NCBI RefSeq assembly: GCF_963676685.1 | Contig: NC_092357.1 | Coordinates: 28,458,001 to 28,522,000, forward strand | Source: Mytilus edulis | Taxonomy: Eukaryota | DNA length: 64,000 nt | Direction: 5' to 3' | Shown: positions 14,401 through 29,400 of the stretch, piece by piece | Layout of the letters: every line of letters begins with the position of its first letter | Position numbering within the stretch: the first letter of the stretch is position 1 | Made by a program: the position numbers and the translations under genes | The notes under the pieces: model-generated | What the model was told of the DNA's origin: nothing | The model's input: the letters and a program-made list of their open reading frames with translations, nothing else | Database searches by the model: none

Positions 14401-17400
14401 AGCTGAGTAAGGCTTAGCATACTGATACTCTTAATTGAAGTGAAAAAATTGTGTAGTCATTCTGTTCCTGAATTGCTGTCATTTATATAAAACAGTTCAC
14501 CCTGACATAAAAAAATCATTTACTGTGCAGCTTTATAAACTTGCATGGTAAAGTGCAAATATGGTATATTTTTGTTGATGTGGACAAACATGGTCAGGTA
14601 AGGTTTATGCATCAAATACGTATGTTCTACGAGTCAGTCTGAGGTATCAAAACTACTGAAATGTGTCTACAAATCAATATGTTACATAAAAGAAGGACAT
14701 GCTGGTACTCCATATTTATCAAGATATTTTTGTAGTCATTTTGTTTCAATATTGCTGTTCTTTGTAATATCCATCCCTCTTGACATCCACAAAATAACAA
14801 CGATTTACTATGCGGCAATAAAGAGTAACATAATAAAGACCAAATGTGGTCAGGTTTAGTTGGTGCGGTTATATAATTCTGTTATTCGAGGTATATAAAC
14901 TACTTAAACTTGTTTATGATATAATATTTCGAATAAAAAGAGGACACGCGGGAAATTTTTAGTAGTCATTGTAATCCAATATTGCTGTCATCTATATTAT
15001 AATATTTGTCCTTGCATAAAAAAAATAATGCTTTAGTATGCGGCTATATAGATTAACATAATCAAGAGCAAATATGGTCAGGTTTGGTTAAAGCGAACGA
15101 ATAATTTTGGTTTACCTGTCAGTGTGATGAATAAAAACTACAGATTTGATATGTGACTATAAGACTTACAAAAAAAAAGTGCAAATATGGTCTGTTCTGT
15201 TTGATGCAGATACATAATTTTGTTAAAGAAGTCAGTCTAGCGTATGAAAACTAATGAAATTGTTAAAGATTAAAAATTTTGAATAAAAAGAGGTCCTGTC
15301 CTGTAGGCACTCTAAAAAGATGCAAGCACAATTTTGTAATTATTTTGTACCAATATTGCTGTCATTTGTATAATAAAATATATATAGACATTAAAAAAAG
15401 CAGTTATATAGATTTACATGATAAAGTGCAAATACGGTCAGTTTTGGTTAATGCTGTTAAATAATTTTGATTTACGAGTTATCCTTAGTCAGCCAGTTGG
15501 ATTTTGGTGTAGATTAATTGATTTATATTAAATATGAACGTGACTCTGATTAAGCTTCAATTAACTGAAGAGGTGTAATAACATTATTAATTAACTGTTA
15601 TTATCAATATGTCCATCGAAAATGACCAGTTGGTCATTTTATTTTGATGAACCTTATTATTTGATATTTAAGGTCAGTCTATCCAGGATAAGATGAAAAG
15701 CTTTGTTAATACTCGTTCACTACACACATAGAAACAAACGATTACTACCAAGCATAGAAAAAATGTCTACTACAAACATATCATGTGCCTTTATCACGTT
15801 CACTCGGAAATACACGTGCAAGTAACAGCCCGTTTACTCTAAACAAAATTAGAAGACGCGCCGTTTTTTGTATTTACGTGGAAGTTAACGCAAAGGAAAC
15901 ATTTACTTTTTCTGTATACTGAAATTTCGGAGGAAACGCACAGGTAGCGCGGTGTTTACATGAAGTGCAGGCGGATGAAAGCCGCGTTCACTTGTTTCCG
16001 CCCGTCTACATGTAATGCTTGGTCTGCACAGAAATAATTATATTTATGATTGACAACTCTACAACCGATTTATCCATATTTGGCTGGTGGTTGGTAACTT
16101 AACTTTCAGACCTACAGTAGTTAAAAATGAAATAAATGTATCAAGTTAACTACTTTTCAAATGAGTCACAACAAAAGTGTAGGGGTGTTCGCATAATATA
16201 TTTATTTAATTAAAAGTACAATTGACGACAAACTTTTTTGATTGGTCTTAAAAATGCATCTCTTACAAAAACTTTCTTTTTGTGTGTTTTATCTTGCATA
16301 ATAATTCTTTACTCTCTGAAAGTTTTTAGTGTGCCCTTTCACGAAACATGAAATAAGACTTTTAAAAATATTTTTCAACTTTCGAAAATCCCGGACAACC
16401 AATTATACAAATAATGCTAAAACACTTGAAGATACATATAAAAATTAAAAATGCATACGATGATCGTCATGGTAATATGTGGATAAATTTATCAGTTTTT
16501 CGAGAGCTAAACTGAGAGCGCATCATCATTATAATGACTTCCAATTTGACGATTATAAATATGAGGTGGCGTAATGGGGAAACAATTTTGACGAAGTAAA
16601 ATCCATACTGTAAAATGACACAAAAGATATCGATACCAATGCATATAAAGAAGCGGTCAAATTCAGTTTGGGTGAATACCAAACCACTAAACGGACAAGT
16701 AGTGAATGAAATTAGTCATTAGTCCGGCTGCTACAAGCATATTTCAGATGAAATATGCACATCCTGCTACAAGCATGAAATTTAGCATATACCTTTCTCA
16801 ACTATTACTCTTTTATTTCAGATAGGGAGGCATTTGAAAAAACATGTCTCACTTCCGGTAAAATTCAAGATGGCGGACATCATACTTGAATCAGCCTAAT
16901 ATCGAAGGCTAGTATGTGAAAAGGTGTTATTATCATACTACTAGCATACTATTTGGTACAAACGTTTGTTATGTACTACTTTTGGATATATTATATAGAT
17001 TAGATGTCTTCAAAAACATTTTTTCCGGTAAAATCCAACATGGCGGACATTGTACTAAAATAAGCTTATTTTTCAGGTGGGTAATTGAAATGTTTTTAAC
17101 GTATTGCTACTATCATAACATAGTGCAGGAACCTTTCTTTGGTGCTTCTGATGGATACAATGTATAAGATTTTAGTCTTCAAAACCCTTACTTCCGGTTT
17201 TATCTAAAATGGTGAACATAGAAATATTAATTTATTATTCAAATATTCAATGGTCATTACACTTTTGGATTTAAGTTATCCCCAAAACCACTAATTCTAT
17301 CATGGTGTAAATGTTTAAATGTTGACATATCCGGTAAAAATATGGCGTAAATTTCAAATAGGAGTTCTCAATCCATTTCTTCGATGTAAAGTTTTGGATA

Positions 17401-20400
17401 GATTGATTTAAACAAAATAAAATCACCATAGTACTGAAACATTTTCGAAATTGCTACTATTTGGCCAGGGATACATGTTTATTAACAGTAACCACCACAT
17501 GCACACAAGGCAATGCACGGAAGACCCGATTTTTCACTTTAACAATGACCGCGGCATTCTTTCTTACATCCACAATTTACAAGCCTCTGACAAAATAAAG
17601 TGGCCACGGAAAGAGTTTTTTTTAAAAGGGATCATCTTTGTCCCTTCGCCGTATCCATTACCGCCTGGACTGGGTAGCATAAGAGCCAATCCAAAGCTCC
17701 TGCAATAGTATATTACACGTTTTACTTTGCTTGAAAAGACTATAGACCAAGTTGAGGGAATAGCCTCGATTATAATTAAAGTCATCTATAACGACTGTTC
17801 GAATCATTACTCGTTTAAGTTCGTGTGTCACTGCACCAGACACCTGCACTATGATTCTAGAATATATCTCTTAATGTGAACATGCTACTACACTTGAAAC
17901 ACATCACTTGGTGGATAAGATAGAATATCCTGAGCATTTGTTGCTACAACTACCATGCTCATCAAAGACTTCATCAATTGTTGATACAGTTTCGAGGTAT
18001 TTTATTGAGGTAAGGTCAAACTACCAAATTAGTATACTCGTTAGGAAACAAATTGAAACTGTAACAACAGTGGATGTTGTCTCGGGTGCGAACATCGACA
18101 ATACTGGTAGTTTGAAAGCTGCTACAAGATGCAAGAGCTACATTTGGGAAAAGGGAATCCACAAACATATCCAGAATGAAAAAAATCCTCGAAATTGGCA
18201 AAATTTTCTGAAAGATGACGACAATAATAAAGAACTTTCAAGTTTTCATTCACAGCAGCTTGCTCAATACAATTTTGAGGATGCAGTTAAACACAGACTC
18301 AACTGAGTCATGACTCGAACAGTTGATACTGATGTCGTTGATGTTTCGCTTTTCCGTGACATACAGACAGACAAACTTTGGTTTGCATTTGGAATTGGAA
18401 AAAACTTTAGATATTTATCTATCCATGACCTTTCAAATTCATTAGGCATTAAGAGATAACACGTTTGCTGGAAAATGAATTGTGTTGGTGACATTAATGG
18501 CGTTTGAAGATGTGATTTATGCATTTAGAATGATTATTGATTAGCCAACATCACCAGATATGGATTTGATAATGTCAATAAAATCGATACGTGGCTTTGT
18601 TGTAAGATCGAAAAAAAACACTTATCAGATGGGATTAACAAAGCAAGAAAACATGTGTTTTTGGAAGAGGAAAGACTTATTGAGGCTATTCCCACGATTA
18701 GGTCTAGTCTTTTTTAGCATGTAAGGCGCACACTATACAATGGCGGGTGTGAATGAGTAACAAGCTTGGAATTAGTTCCTATGCTAACAATTCCTTCAAA
18801 CGTGTATGAATGGCAAAGGAACAAATGTGAGTTATCTTCATCTTATCAGGAGCATTATCATTGTACATTATGGATGTGAGAAACAATACCATAGTCTTTG
18901 TAAATGTGGAAAATCAGCACACTTATTGTTATCCATGCCTTTACCGATTTTAATATGGTTCTCTGTTTGCTTTAAAGGAAAAAAAGACATTGCTGGTATT
19001 GGAAGATGTGACTTTAACATAAAGAATGATGATTGATCAGCCTAAATCACCGGGGTTTTACTGTAAGATCGCACATACTTAACAGATGGGTATAACATGG
19101 TTAACAAAGCAAGAAAATAACTATTTGCACAAAAGGAAAGACTTTTTGAGGCTATTTCTTCAACTTTGTTAATGTTTTAAAGTATGTAAATCATGCAATA
19201 TACTAAGGCAGGTGTTTAGGGAGACGAGCTTGGGATTGGTTCGTATGCTATCTAGTCCAAGCGCAAATGAATGGCGAAGGGACAAAGAGGCTCCCTTTAA
19301 CAAAAACTCTTTTTGAGGTCTCATCTTTTCATCAGAAGCTTGTATATTGAGTATGTAAGAAATGATGCCGCTGTTGTTGTTAATGTGGAAAATCGTGTCT
19401 CCCGTGCACTGCGATTTTGCATTTGGTGGTGACCGTTATTTTTGGCCGAACATTTATGTAATTTTAAAAAGGATTTTATTTTGTTTTCATCAATCTAACC
19501 AACACTCTACATCGAAGATATAGACTGAGGACTCATTTTTGGAATATTAGATTTTTTTTTACCGGAAATGTCAACTTTGTATTTAAACATGTACAGCAGA
19601 ACAAAATTTGTGGTTTTTAGAAGTTGAGCGAACAGAAAAAAAACCCCAACAGTTTCTTTACATTTAGAAAAAAGGTTGAATATAACAATAATAAATAGAT
19701 AATTCTATGTCCGCAATTTTGAATATTACCGGAAGTAAGGATTTTAAACATATGTATTGTATCAATGTGAGAAACACCACAATAACGTTCCTGCACAATG
19801 TAATGATAGTAGCAATTTAAAAAAAAACACATTTATTACCCTCCCTAAAATTTAAGCTTATTTTAATACAGTGTCCGCCATGTTGGATATTACAGAATGT
19901 AGGGTTAATAAAGACATTTTCTCTATTTAATTTATCAAAAGTAGTACAAAACAAATGTTTGTACCAAATAATATGATAGTACCATGATAATAACGCCTTT
20001 CTACACACTAGCCTTCGATATTGGGCTGAATGTATGATGTCTGACATTTTAGATTTTACCGGAAGTAAAACATTTTTTCGAATGCATTCCTATCTGAAAT
20101 AAAAATGTAATAGTTGAGAAAGGTCTATGCAAAATTTCCTGCTTGTAACAGGATGTGCACAATTTTTAAAAAACCGTAGAACTTTATTAGAAGTCTATCT
20201 AAATGACAAAGAAAAGCCGAAGAGCAATATAAAATAGTTTTTCATTTGAACTTCTAGGATATAATTTTCAAAGATAACTATTGTTTAATTATAATTTGAA
20301 CTGTAGAATATGAAGAGGGGATTTATATTGGTAATTAGATATAGGAAGATGTGGTGTGAGTGCCAATGAGACAACTCTCCATCCAAATAACAATTTAGAA

Positions 20401-23400
20401 ATTAAAGCATTATAGGTTAAAGTACGGCCTTCAACACGGAGCCTTGGCTCACACCGAACAACAAGCTATAAAGGGCCCCAAAATTACTAGTGTAAAACCA
20501 TTCAAACGGGAAATCCAACGGTCTAATCTATATAAACAAAACGAGAAACGAGAAACACGTATATATTACATAAACAAACGACAACTACTGTACATCAGAT
20601 TCCTGACGTATTTGTTCTATATTTACAGAAGTGCAACATGACGAGACATTCATTTCAAAATTCACAGTTTATGCAGTTTATCTGAATTAATCATATTAAT
20701 CATGAAATGTCAGAGATTAATATATGATTACACATTCTTTACTGTGAATTATCATTCACTTACCCTATCTTTAATGTTGAGTTTTATTCCACCCACAATT
20801 AGCAAATTGGCGAATTCTGTAAGTTTTTTAAATGCAGCTTGGTGAAGTGCAGTACTACCATTCTGCAAAGATAAAACATAAAAAAGTTAACATAGTATTT
20901 AGGAATAATAGAAATGCGAAAGATAACGTAAATCACTCTGATGCATCGAAAACTAACGGAGAGTTGTCTCATTGAAAATCTTACCAAATCTTCTGATTTC
21001 TATTGTTAGTGACACGGCAATAAAACTAGAGACTCTTAAGAGCCTGTGTCGCTCACCTTGGTCTATGTGCATATTTATTGGTAACGGTAATGTTATTACT
21101 ACCACTGGGTTGATGCCTCTACTGGTAGACTGTTTGTTCCCGATGGTATCACCAGCGCAGTAGCCAGTACTTCAGTACTGGCATGGAAATACCATTTTTT
21201 TGTATTTATTAAAATAAGCTGTTACAAAATGTTAGAAATTATTATAAATAAAGGAATATATATCCCTCATTCAAAGCTTTGATTCCTTTCACGGATTTGG
21301 CTATACTTTTTTGACCTTATGGATTATAGCTCTTCATCTTTCATATAAGCTTTGGATTTCTTATATTTTGGCCACGAGCATCACCAAAGAGACATGTACA
21401 AAATGTTTTGTCGAAATTGCCATCTGGTGAAGTAAAATTGGTAACGTTAATGTTATTAAACAAATGGCACAGATGGATTCATGTCAAAATTGAGTTTTGG
21501 TGATAGTGATGAGTGTTTGTAGATATAACATTTTTTCTGAGCACTCTTGCTGTGAACAATATATATATCTACAATGCAATTTGCCCAGTAGTCAGAGAGA
21601 AAAACATGTTGTAAAAATTTACCAAAATTTACATTTATGAAAATTGTTAAAATTGGCTATCAAGGACAATAACTCCTTAAGGGGTCAATTGACCATTTTG
21701 CTCATCTTGACTTATTTGTAGATCTCAATTTGCTGAACATTATTGCTGCTTTAAGTTTATCTCTATCAATAATATTCAAAATAATAACAAACTAGAGGCT
21801 CTAAAGAGCCTGTGTCGCTCACCTTGGTATATGTGAATTAAACAAAGGAAGCAGACAGTTCATGACAAAATGGTGTTTAGGTGCTTGTGATGTGTTTGTA
21901 CATCTTACTTTACTGAACATTCTTGCTGCTTACAATTATCTCTATCTATAATGTACTTGTCCGTATAGTTTCATTGGAAAATGTTAGTAAAAATTTACAA
22001 ATTTTATGAAAATTGTTAAAAATTGATTATAAAGGACAATAACTTCTTAGGGGGTCAATTGAACATTTTGGTCATTTTGATTTATTTTTGAGTCTTAAAT
22101 TGCTGTACATTATTGCTGTTTACAGTTTATCTCTATCTATAATAATATTCAAGATAATAACCCAAAACAGCAAAATTTCAAATTTAGGGGCAGCAACCCA
22201 ACAATGGGTTGTCTGATTCATCTGAAAATTTCAGGGCAGATAGATTTTCACCTGATAAACAATTATACCCCATGTCAGATTTGCTCTAAATGCTTTGGTT
22301 TTTGAGTTATAAGCCAAAAACTGCATTTTACCCCTTTGTTCTATTTTTAGCCATGGCGGCCATCTTGGATGGTTCGCCGGGTCAAAAAACACAAACTTTA
22401 AACTAGATACATCAATGATGATTGTGGCCAAGTTTGGATTAATTTGGCCCGGTAGTTTCAGAGGAGAAGATTTTTGTAAAAGTTAACGCCGGACGACGGA
22501 CGACGACGGACGACACCGGACGACGGACGCCAAGTGATGAGAAAAGCTCACTTGGCCCTTCGGGCCCGGTGAGCTAAAAACGGTTAAATTTCATTAAAAT
22601 TACCTATTCAGGAGCAGTAACCCAACAACCGGTTGTCCTATTCATCTGAAAATTTCAGGGCAGATAGATCTTTACTTGATAAACAATATTACCTCATTCA
22701 GAGTTTTAAGCCAAAATCTTTATTTTACCCCTATGTTCAATTTTAGCCATTGCGACCATCTTGGTTGGCTGGTTGGGACATCGGATACATTTTTGAACTA
22801 GATACATCAATGATGGTTGTGGCCAAGTTTGGTTAAATTTGGCTCAGCCAGTAGATACAGAGGAGGAGATTTTTGTAAAAGTTAACAGACGACGACGGAC
22901 GACGGACGACAAGTAATGAGAACAGCTCATTTAGCCCTTTGGGCCAGGTGAGCTTAAAAGCAAATGACAACGAAGAAAGAAACGGGGAACTAAACACAAA
23001 ATTAAACGATGACTATAGTATGAGCATCACGATTTGCGTAACGTTGCACGATGTAGTCTCGACATTTCAGAAGGAATATAATTTTCAGAGGAATATGAAA
23101 AAATGACACTAGGGATAGTCTTAACAAATCAAATGTTGATTAAACTAACAATGTGTGTAAACGTTAAAATAATGAAAAGTAATCCGTGCTTAAAAGAGAT
23201 ATGAAGATTTATTCATCCAAGAAAAGTCATCTATAATACTAAAATTGCGAGATCCAATTTGTCAGCCGTCATCGCGTAAAAACGATGAATCAAAGAATTC
23301 AACTTTATATATAAATAATATAGTACTATGCTGTTGATTTAAATTACACCACTCCAGGCCCTTTTGTTTTCCACGTACAGGCGCACCCCCTAAACGGTGT

Positions 23401-26400
23401 ATTTAGAATTTTGCTGTTTACTGTTGAGTAAAAAATACTTCATTCCCGACCCTTTTGTTTTTCAAATTATTCATATTACCAATAATTAATAGGTTCCAGG
23501 TCGACGGGTTCAAACAGAGAGATTTTGAAAGCAGAGAAAACTACTGTGCATCTTATAATCGGCATGACTCTATCAGATGACAATACCAATACTAAAATAA
23601 GGCATACGCATAGTTATATATACTTTAATTCAGTCCCGGACCCGCGATATCACGAGTATGTTCTAGTATTGTATATATTCTACGGGCGACCTTTACATCG
23701 GCCGTAACCGAGAGCTGAAATCATTCATTTGTAAAGGTTGCATTTTTGTAAATATTGACAATTCAATTTCCCATTGAAACTCCTTTTACGGCTAAAACTG
23801 TACCACTTTTATTATGAAAATTCATATGCACCATAATTTTTTTCAAAGGTCAAAATATAGGGTTATGCGGCATATTTTCAACGTTTATATACCCTGAACT
23901 TCTCAGAGTGTAAACTTACACTAATTTTCTTAACTACCCCTCCCTCGAATGTAAGGTTACCACATATGTTAATGTAAACAATATGTTATGTTTATTTACT
24001 GGTAACATTCCTAAGTTCGGTCTCTGCGATATGGAACACAAAGAGCATAACTGGGAACTAGTATGTCAACACAATTTATTTTCTATGAATATTCAATTTC
24101 TCCCCAAAAGAGGCGTGTTTTGAGAAACAGCTGTATTTACAAAGTGCAACATATAGCACCTATACATCGTTCGTCAAAAATTGATTGAAATGAGTGATAG
24201 AACATCATACTTCGTGATTAATTACTGTTCAAAATGGATAAAACGAGAAACAGCAGTCAACATAAGATCAGTTTCTTTTTTTTGATTCGGTTGATATACG
24301 AATTCAAAATTCTAAACAACAAAAGAACTTGCTTTGATTCTATAAATAAATGCCCTTAAATGATTGCTAGAAAAAAAAAGTTCGATATTGAGAATTCGTA
24401 TATGGTCAAGTTATCAGAATTCCCACAGGAACAAACGGTGCACCGCTTATTGTAGGAATAGAACCACTGATTCAGGCCCGGTCAAAAAGAACATAAAAGA
24501 AAGTTGTGCATTTTTGCCTTGAATTTTAATGTTTGCATTATCTACCACTGAAACCAATGAAACTTGTATATTATGACTAGTTTATAGTATAAGTATTGAT
24601 TGTGATCAAATTATTTAATGAGTGTACTTGTTTTATTGGGTTTGTTAGTGAATTATTTTTGGTATTTACTTATATAGAAATTTCAAAATGTCACTAGAGG
24701 TGCATTTAATAACCATTTTAACAAGTTGTCTAGCTTGGAGATATATGAATTGTTAATCTATGTTTAAACATAAAAATGTGCTCTTAACCAAATCACGCCC
24801 CTTTATCATTATGTAGAAAAAAGGGGATCAAAATTATCAATCATATTTATGTTTGGACCACTGCATTTATATTCAAGAAAGAATCTCTGATAAAGATAAG
24901 ACATATAGGTAAGAACACTGTTATTTGAGTAGATATTAACAAATTAGAACTGGTAAGCATTGAAAAAAAATGTCATATCTGTCACTATAAGTATCCTAAT
25001 GACGTTTTCTTTGTTTAATGCATATGTTACTACCTGTCCAATTTGAGCTTGAATTGAGTGATATAGTGTTTTGAAAAAAGCTTTATGTGTTTTTATATGC
25101 TAGAAATAGACCATAGGAGGAAATTAAGACAAGCAGAGGTCATTATTACAAGTTTGGTGATGCTATAGGTACAAAACCACTCACTTAGGCCCGGTCGGAA
25201 AGAACATACAAGAAAGAAGAACATAGTTTAAACAAAATAGTTCATATGCATAGCTGTATGCAATTAAGGTATGTTGATATTTTCAGCACAAGTCAGGATA
25301 AGGTACAGTTTCAACATGAAATAATTGCCACCTTATTTGAACTTAAGACAAATTAGCCATTAATGCTTGAAATTGCAGAATTTAACATAAAAAGCAATGG
25401 GGCTTTGAATTAGTGGTTTTATTCCTGTAGACCAGTTTATGTTTTGTTAAATAAGTTCCAATTTATGACTAAAATCAGTAAAGACCATTTTTTAGGATAT
25501 TTAGATGAAAAATTGGCTCTCTATAATTACGACTTCAAAATATACACTAAAAAATTATTCTTCCAGACTATCTTTAGATAAAGCCACTGCCCTTTACTAT
25601 AGTTGTCTATTTATATGTTTTTTATTATGATACTAAACTTCTAACGGGAATTTTTATGCTTGATTTTCATTTGAAGAACACATGACCATCATCCTTTTAA
25701 CTGAAATCTGGAGATGGCATGAAAAGGAATGTTATTTCCTTCTAGTACAGTAAAACCTGTATAAACCGGGCGGAAACGGGACTATGAAAAAGGACAGGTT
25801 CGGACAACGAGTCTGTTTAATCAGGTTTGTTTAAACAGGTTTCCGTTTTTGACTGGAAGTAAATGACTTGTGACGTCCAATAAAATGCATGTAAAGGTTT
25901 TGTCAGATTGTAAATCACAAACAATGTATAGACTGATAAATCAAAATACAAAACGCAAATACGTATGATCGTTGTGTTGAATCCTCGTATTAATTGGCCT
26001 TAAAGATTTTGGAAACTTTTTGTGCTGATAAGAATTGTACAAAAATAATAGTTTGACCTTGTTTTTGCATATCCTCGTATGTCAAATAGACCTTGGTAGC
26101 ATCAGTCTCCGACTCGTAAATTTCACTTTCACTTTTTTAACATTTGCATCATAATTCACGCGTTGTTCGGATTGTAACACGAAAGTTTCGTTTTACTTCC
26201 ATAATCGTTAATTTCCAACGTTGGAATGGTCAATATGAACAAAAGAAAACCACAAAAATACTTTGCCATGTGATTATGGACTTTCCGATTATAGAGTTCT
26301 GACAGTATGTTTTTGTTTTTGCGTGTTTCTATATGTTCACTATAATATATATTTCATTACACAATACCACGCTAATACGGGAAATTTACAAACCGTTATG

Positions 26401-29400
26401 AGAAATGATTGGCATTTCATTCAAGACAACCCCCAGTTCACAAATCTCTTTGATAAAAAAAAACTTACAATAGCATTCAAAAGAAACAGGAACTAGGGTA
26501 TATCGTTAAAGACACTTGAAAAAAATCATAGTCACCAAATAGAAATTAATTAGACAGTTACACGACAACTACAGGAAGGTGCGCTGACAATGAAAAATGC
26601 ATATCGCCTCCGGGTGCGGGAATTTCTCGCTACATCGAAGACCTGTTGGTGACCTTCTGCTGTTTTGTTTTTTTCTTTAGTTGGGTTGTTGTCTCTTTGA
26701 CACATTCCTTATTTCCATTCTCAATTTTATATTGAAACGTATCTAAAACTTAATCTAATAACTCAAACCAGTGACCCAAATAAAATGTACAAAATAATAA
26801 ACATTAAGAGAATAAAGATAAAAAAAATTGGACGACCTCTAAAGAGAGTGACCTGGAATATAACTCTGAAAGAATTCAAAAAAATGTACACGTAGCACGT
26901 AACCAATGAGAAGTGGGATATGTGATCCACGGATGAATATTTGATCAATATACCTATAATCTATGCATATATCTTAGTAATATATTGATCTTACTGAATT
27001 CGAGGTCATTATGTAGTTTGGTGTATTGCTGTCAAAATTTAGAAATATAATTATCTAGGTCAAAAAAGCTAAAATTTGCAGTTCAGACTTTATTCAAATA
27101 GCACACTTTAATTCTTATTATTACTTTTTTCAAATCAACTTGGATTTACATTTATCTATGCAGCTATCTTTGCAATATATTGATTTTACTGAATCCAAGG
27201 TCTGTATGTAGTTTGGTGTATTTCTGTCAAATTTAAGAATTTAATCAATCTAGGTGAAAAAAGGTAAAATATGCTGTTCGTGCTATATTCAGATAGTACA
27301 CTTTAATTCCTTTTAAAACTTTTCAACTCAACTCGGATTTTTATCTATTTACTTATCTCAGTAATAAAATGATCTTCTTGAATCATAGGTCATTTTGTAG
27401 TTTGGTTTATTGCTGTCAAATTTGAAAATAAAATTATAATTAATCACGGTTAAAAAAGGCAGGATCTTGCAATTTTGCACAAAATTCATAAAGTACATTT
27501 TAATATTTTAATAACTATTTTAAATTTACTTGTTTCTTCATCAAAGTATACATCTATCTTTAAGTTATTAATATATTGATCTTACTCAATCCCAGGTCAT
27601 TATCTAGTTTGTTATTGCGGGAAAATGTGAGAAAAGAATAATTTAGGTAAAAAAAAGCTAATATTTGCAGTTTGGACTGTAAAAAGATAGTACACTTTAA
27701 TTTTTTTTATATATTTTTCGAATCAACTTGAATTTTCATCAAAGTATGCAGCTATCTAAGTTGTATGTTGATCTTACTGAATCCTAGATTGTTATGAAGT
27801 TTGTTGTATTGCTGTCAAATTTAAGAATTAAATAAATCTAGGTAGCTGACTAGATATATAAAAATTCAAGTTGATTTGAAAAGAGCCCGAACAGCAAATT
27901 CTAGTTTTTTTGACCGAGATTGATTTAATTCTTGAATTTGACAGTACTACACCAAACTACAAAATGACCTACGATTCTGTAAGATCAATGTATTACTAAG
28001 ATAGCTGTATGGTTTTTTTGAAAATTCAAGTTGATTTGAAAAATGTGTAAACATAATTTAATTTAGTGAGGCGGACTGATTTACACCAGTCAAGATTTAA
28101 TTTGAAGGTCGAGACTTGTCGCGTCTGGTTAAGACTGAGTCGAGACTGGTCGAGACAGGTCAAGACTGGTCGAGCATTGCTCGAGACCATTTCAGACTAA
28201 ATCAACATCATAAAGTACTGACTCAGACTTAAGTAAAGTCGAGATCTAGTCGAGAAAGATTAAGTACAGTTTAGTACTGTCAAGACGTAGTCGAGACAAG
28301 TCATGTAAAATGTGTGCTCGACTTTAGGGTCGAGCACAAAAACTGGTCTTTTCAGACTCTGAGTAGTTTGTAGTGTTCGTGTGTCTGACCTAAGATTTGT
28401 TTTTCCATCACATGTTTATACAAACAATTTATAAATTTCACATGGGCAATGTTCGCCTACAGGGTAAAAAAACCAAAAGTATGTAAGGCCACAACAATTT
28501 GATTCCTTCCGCCCGTAACTATTTTTTTCAAAACAGATTTTATTTTTTATTTTTTATATTCTCGCTTCCCGCATCCAGAAATGTTATCATGTCCATTTCC
28601 CGTACCGTTATTTTTGTAAATATTATAAAAAGATATCAACATTTGTTTTTAAAACCACAGTCTAACCTGTATATTACGATTTTCAACATAAAAGCACCCT
28701 TCCACACTGTGTGAATATCTCTGAGAATATTTGTTTCGACATGAAACCTATTTATTAAAAGTGGGAGTGCTCCGATATAAATTTAGAACAGCGGAAATAC
28801 CTGTTAAGAACAAAAATGTGGTTTCTTTTCCCCTTACTTATATTCCATATCACAAAATGTTCGTTGTTAGAATAAAATACAAAGAACTTCTGAAGGATTT
28901 GCCTTCAACTGCAATTATATTGTATGCTGGCGAAACAAAACTATCTATAGCCGCTGCATTTTTAGAAACTTGTCCTGATTGATTGAGGAGCCTGTCGTTC
29001 AGCAGTTATTGTTTGTTGATGTTGTTCATTAGTATTTTCCCGTTTGGATATGCATGTATAAATTATATCGTTGGTTTTCCTGTTCGAATTGTGTACACTA
29101 ATAATTTTGGGGTCCTTTATAGCTTGCTGTTTGGTCTGTATCAAAGCCCTGTGTAAAAAGCCGTACTTTGACCTGTGGTTTTTATTATCAGGTTTAAAAC
29201 AAGCCTCCCTCAGACAAGATGTCATTTTACTGCTGTAGAAAAAAATAGAAATACCAAGGATTTGTAAAGTTCTTCTATACAAAATCTTTGAAAACTTAGA
29301 ATTTTGTATTTAAAAAGAGGAGAGTTACATCATATTTTAAACAACATTTTCTCAAAGAGTTGTCCACTTATTTTGAATAATGTGTTAATTTAAGATGGTT

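Larger units (their letters stand above)
21023..22957. mobile_element. Helentron/HINE-like non-autonomous element (outer copy), interrupted by a retrozyme and a second copy of itself
   Basis: Starts aaactagag...gtcgctcacc, ends in hairpin agctcatttagccctttgggccaggtgagct preceded by a (gacg)n microsatellite. Confidence 0.75.

Noticed and set aside
24463-25216. Direct repeat of about 40 bp (aggcccggtc..aaagaacata.aagaaag) about 710 bp apart as LTRs
   Set aside because: Too short, with no TG...CA ends, primer-binding site or coding relic between them.
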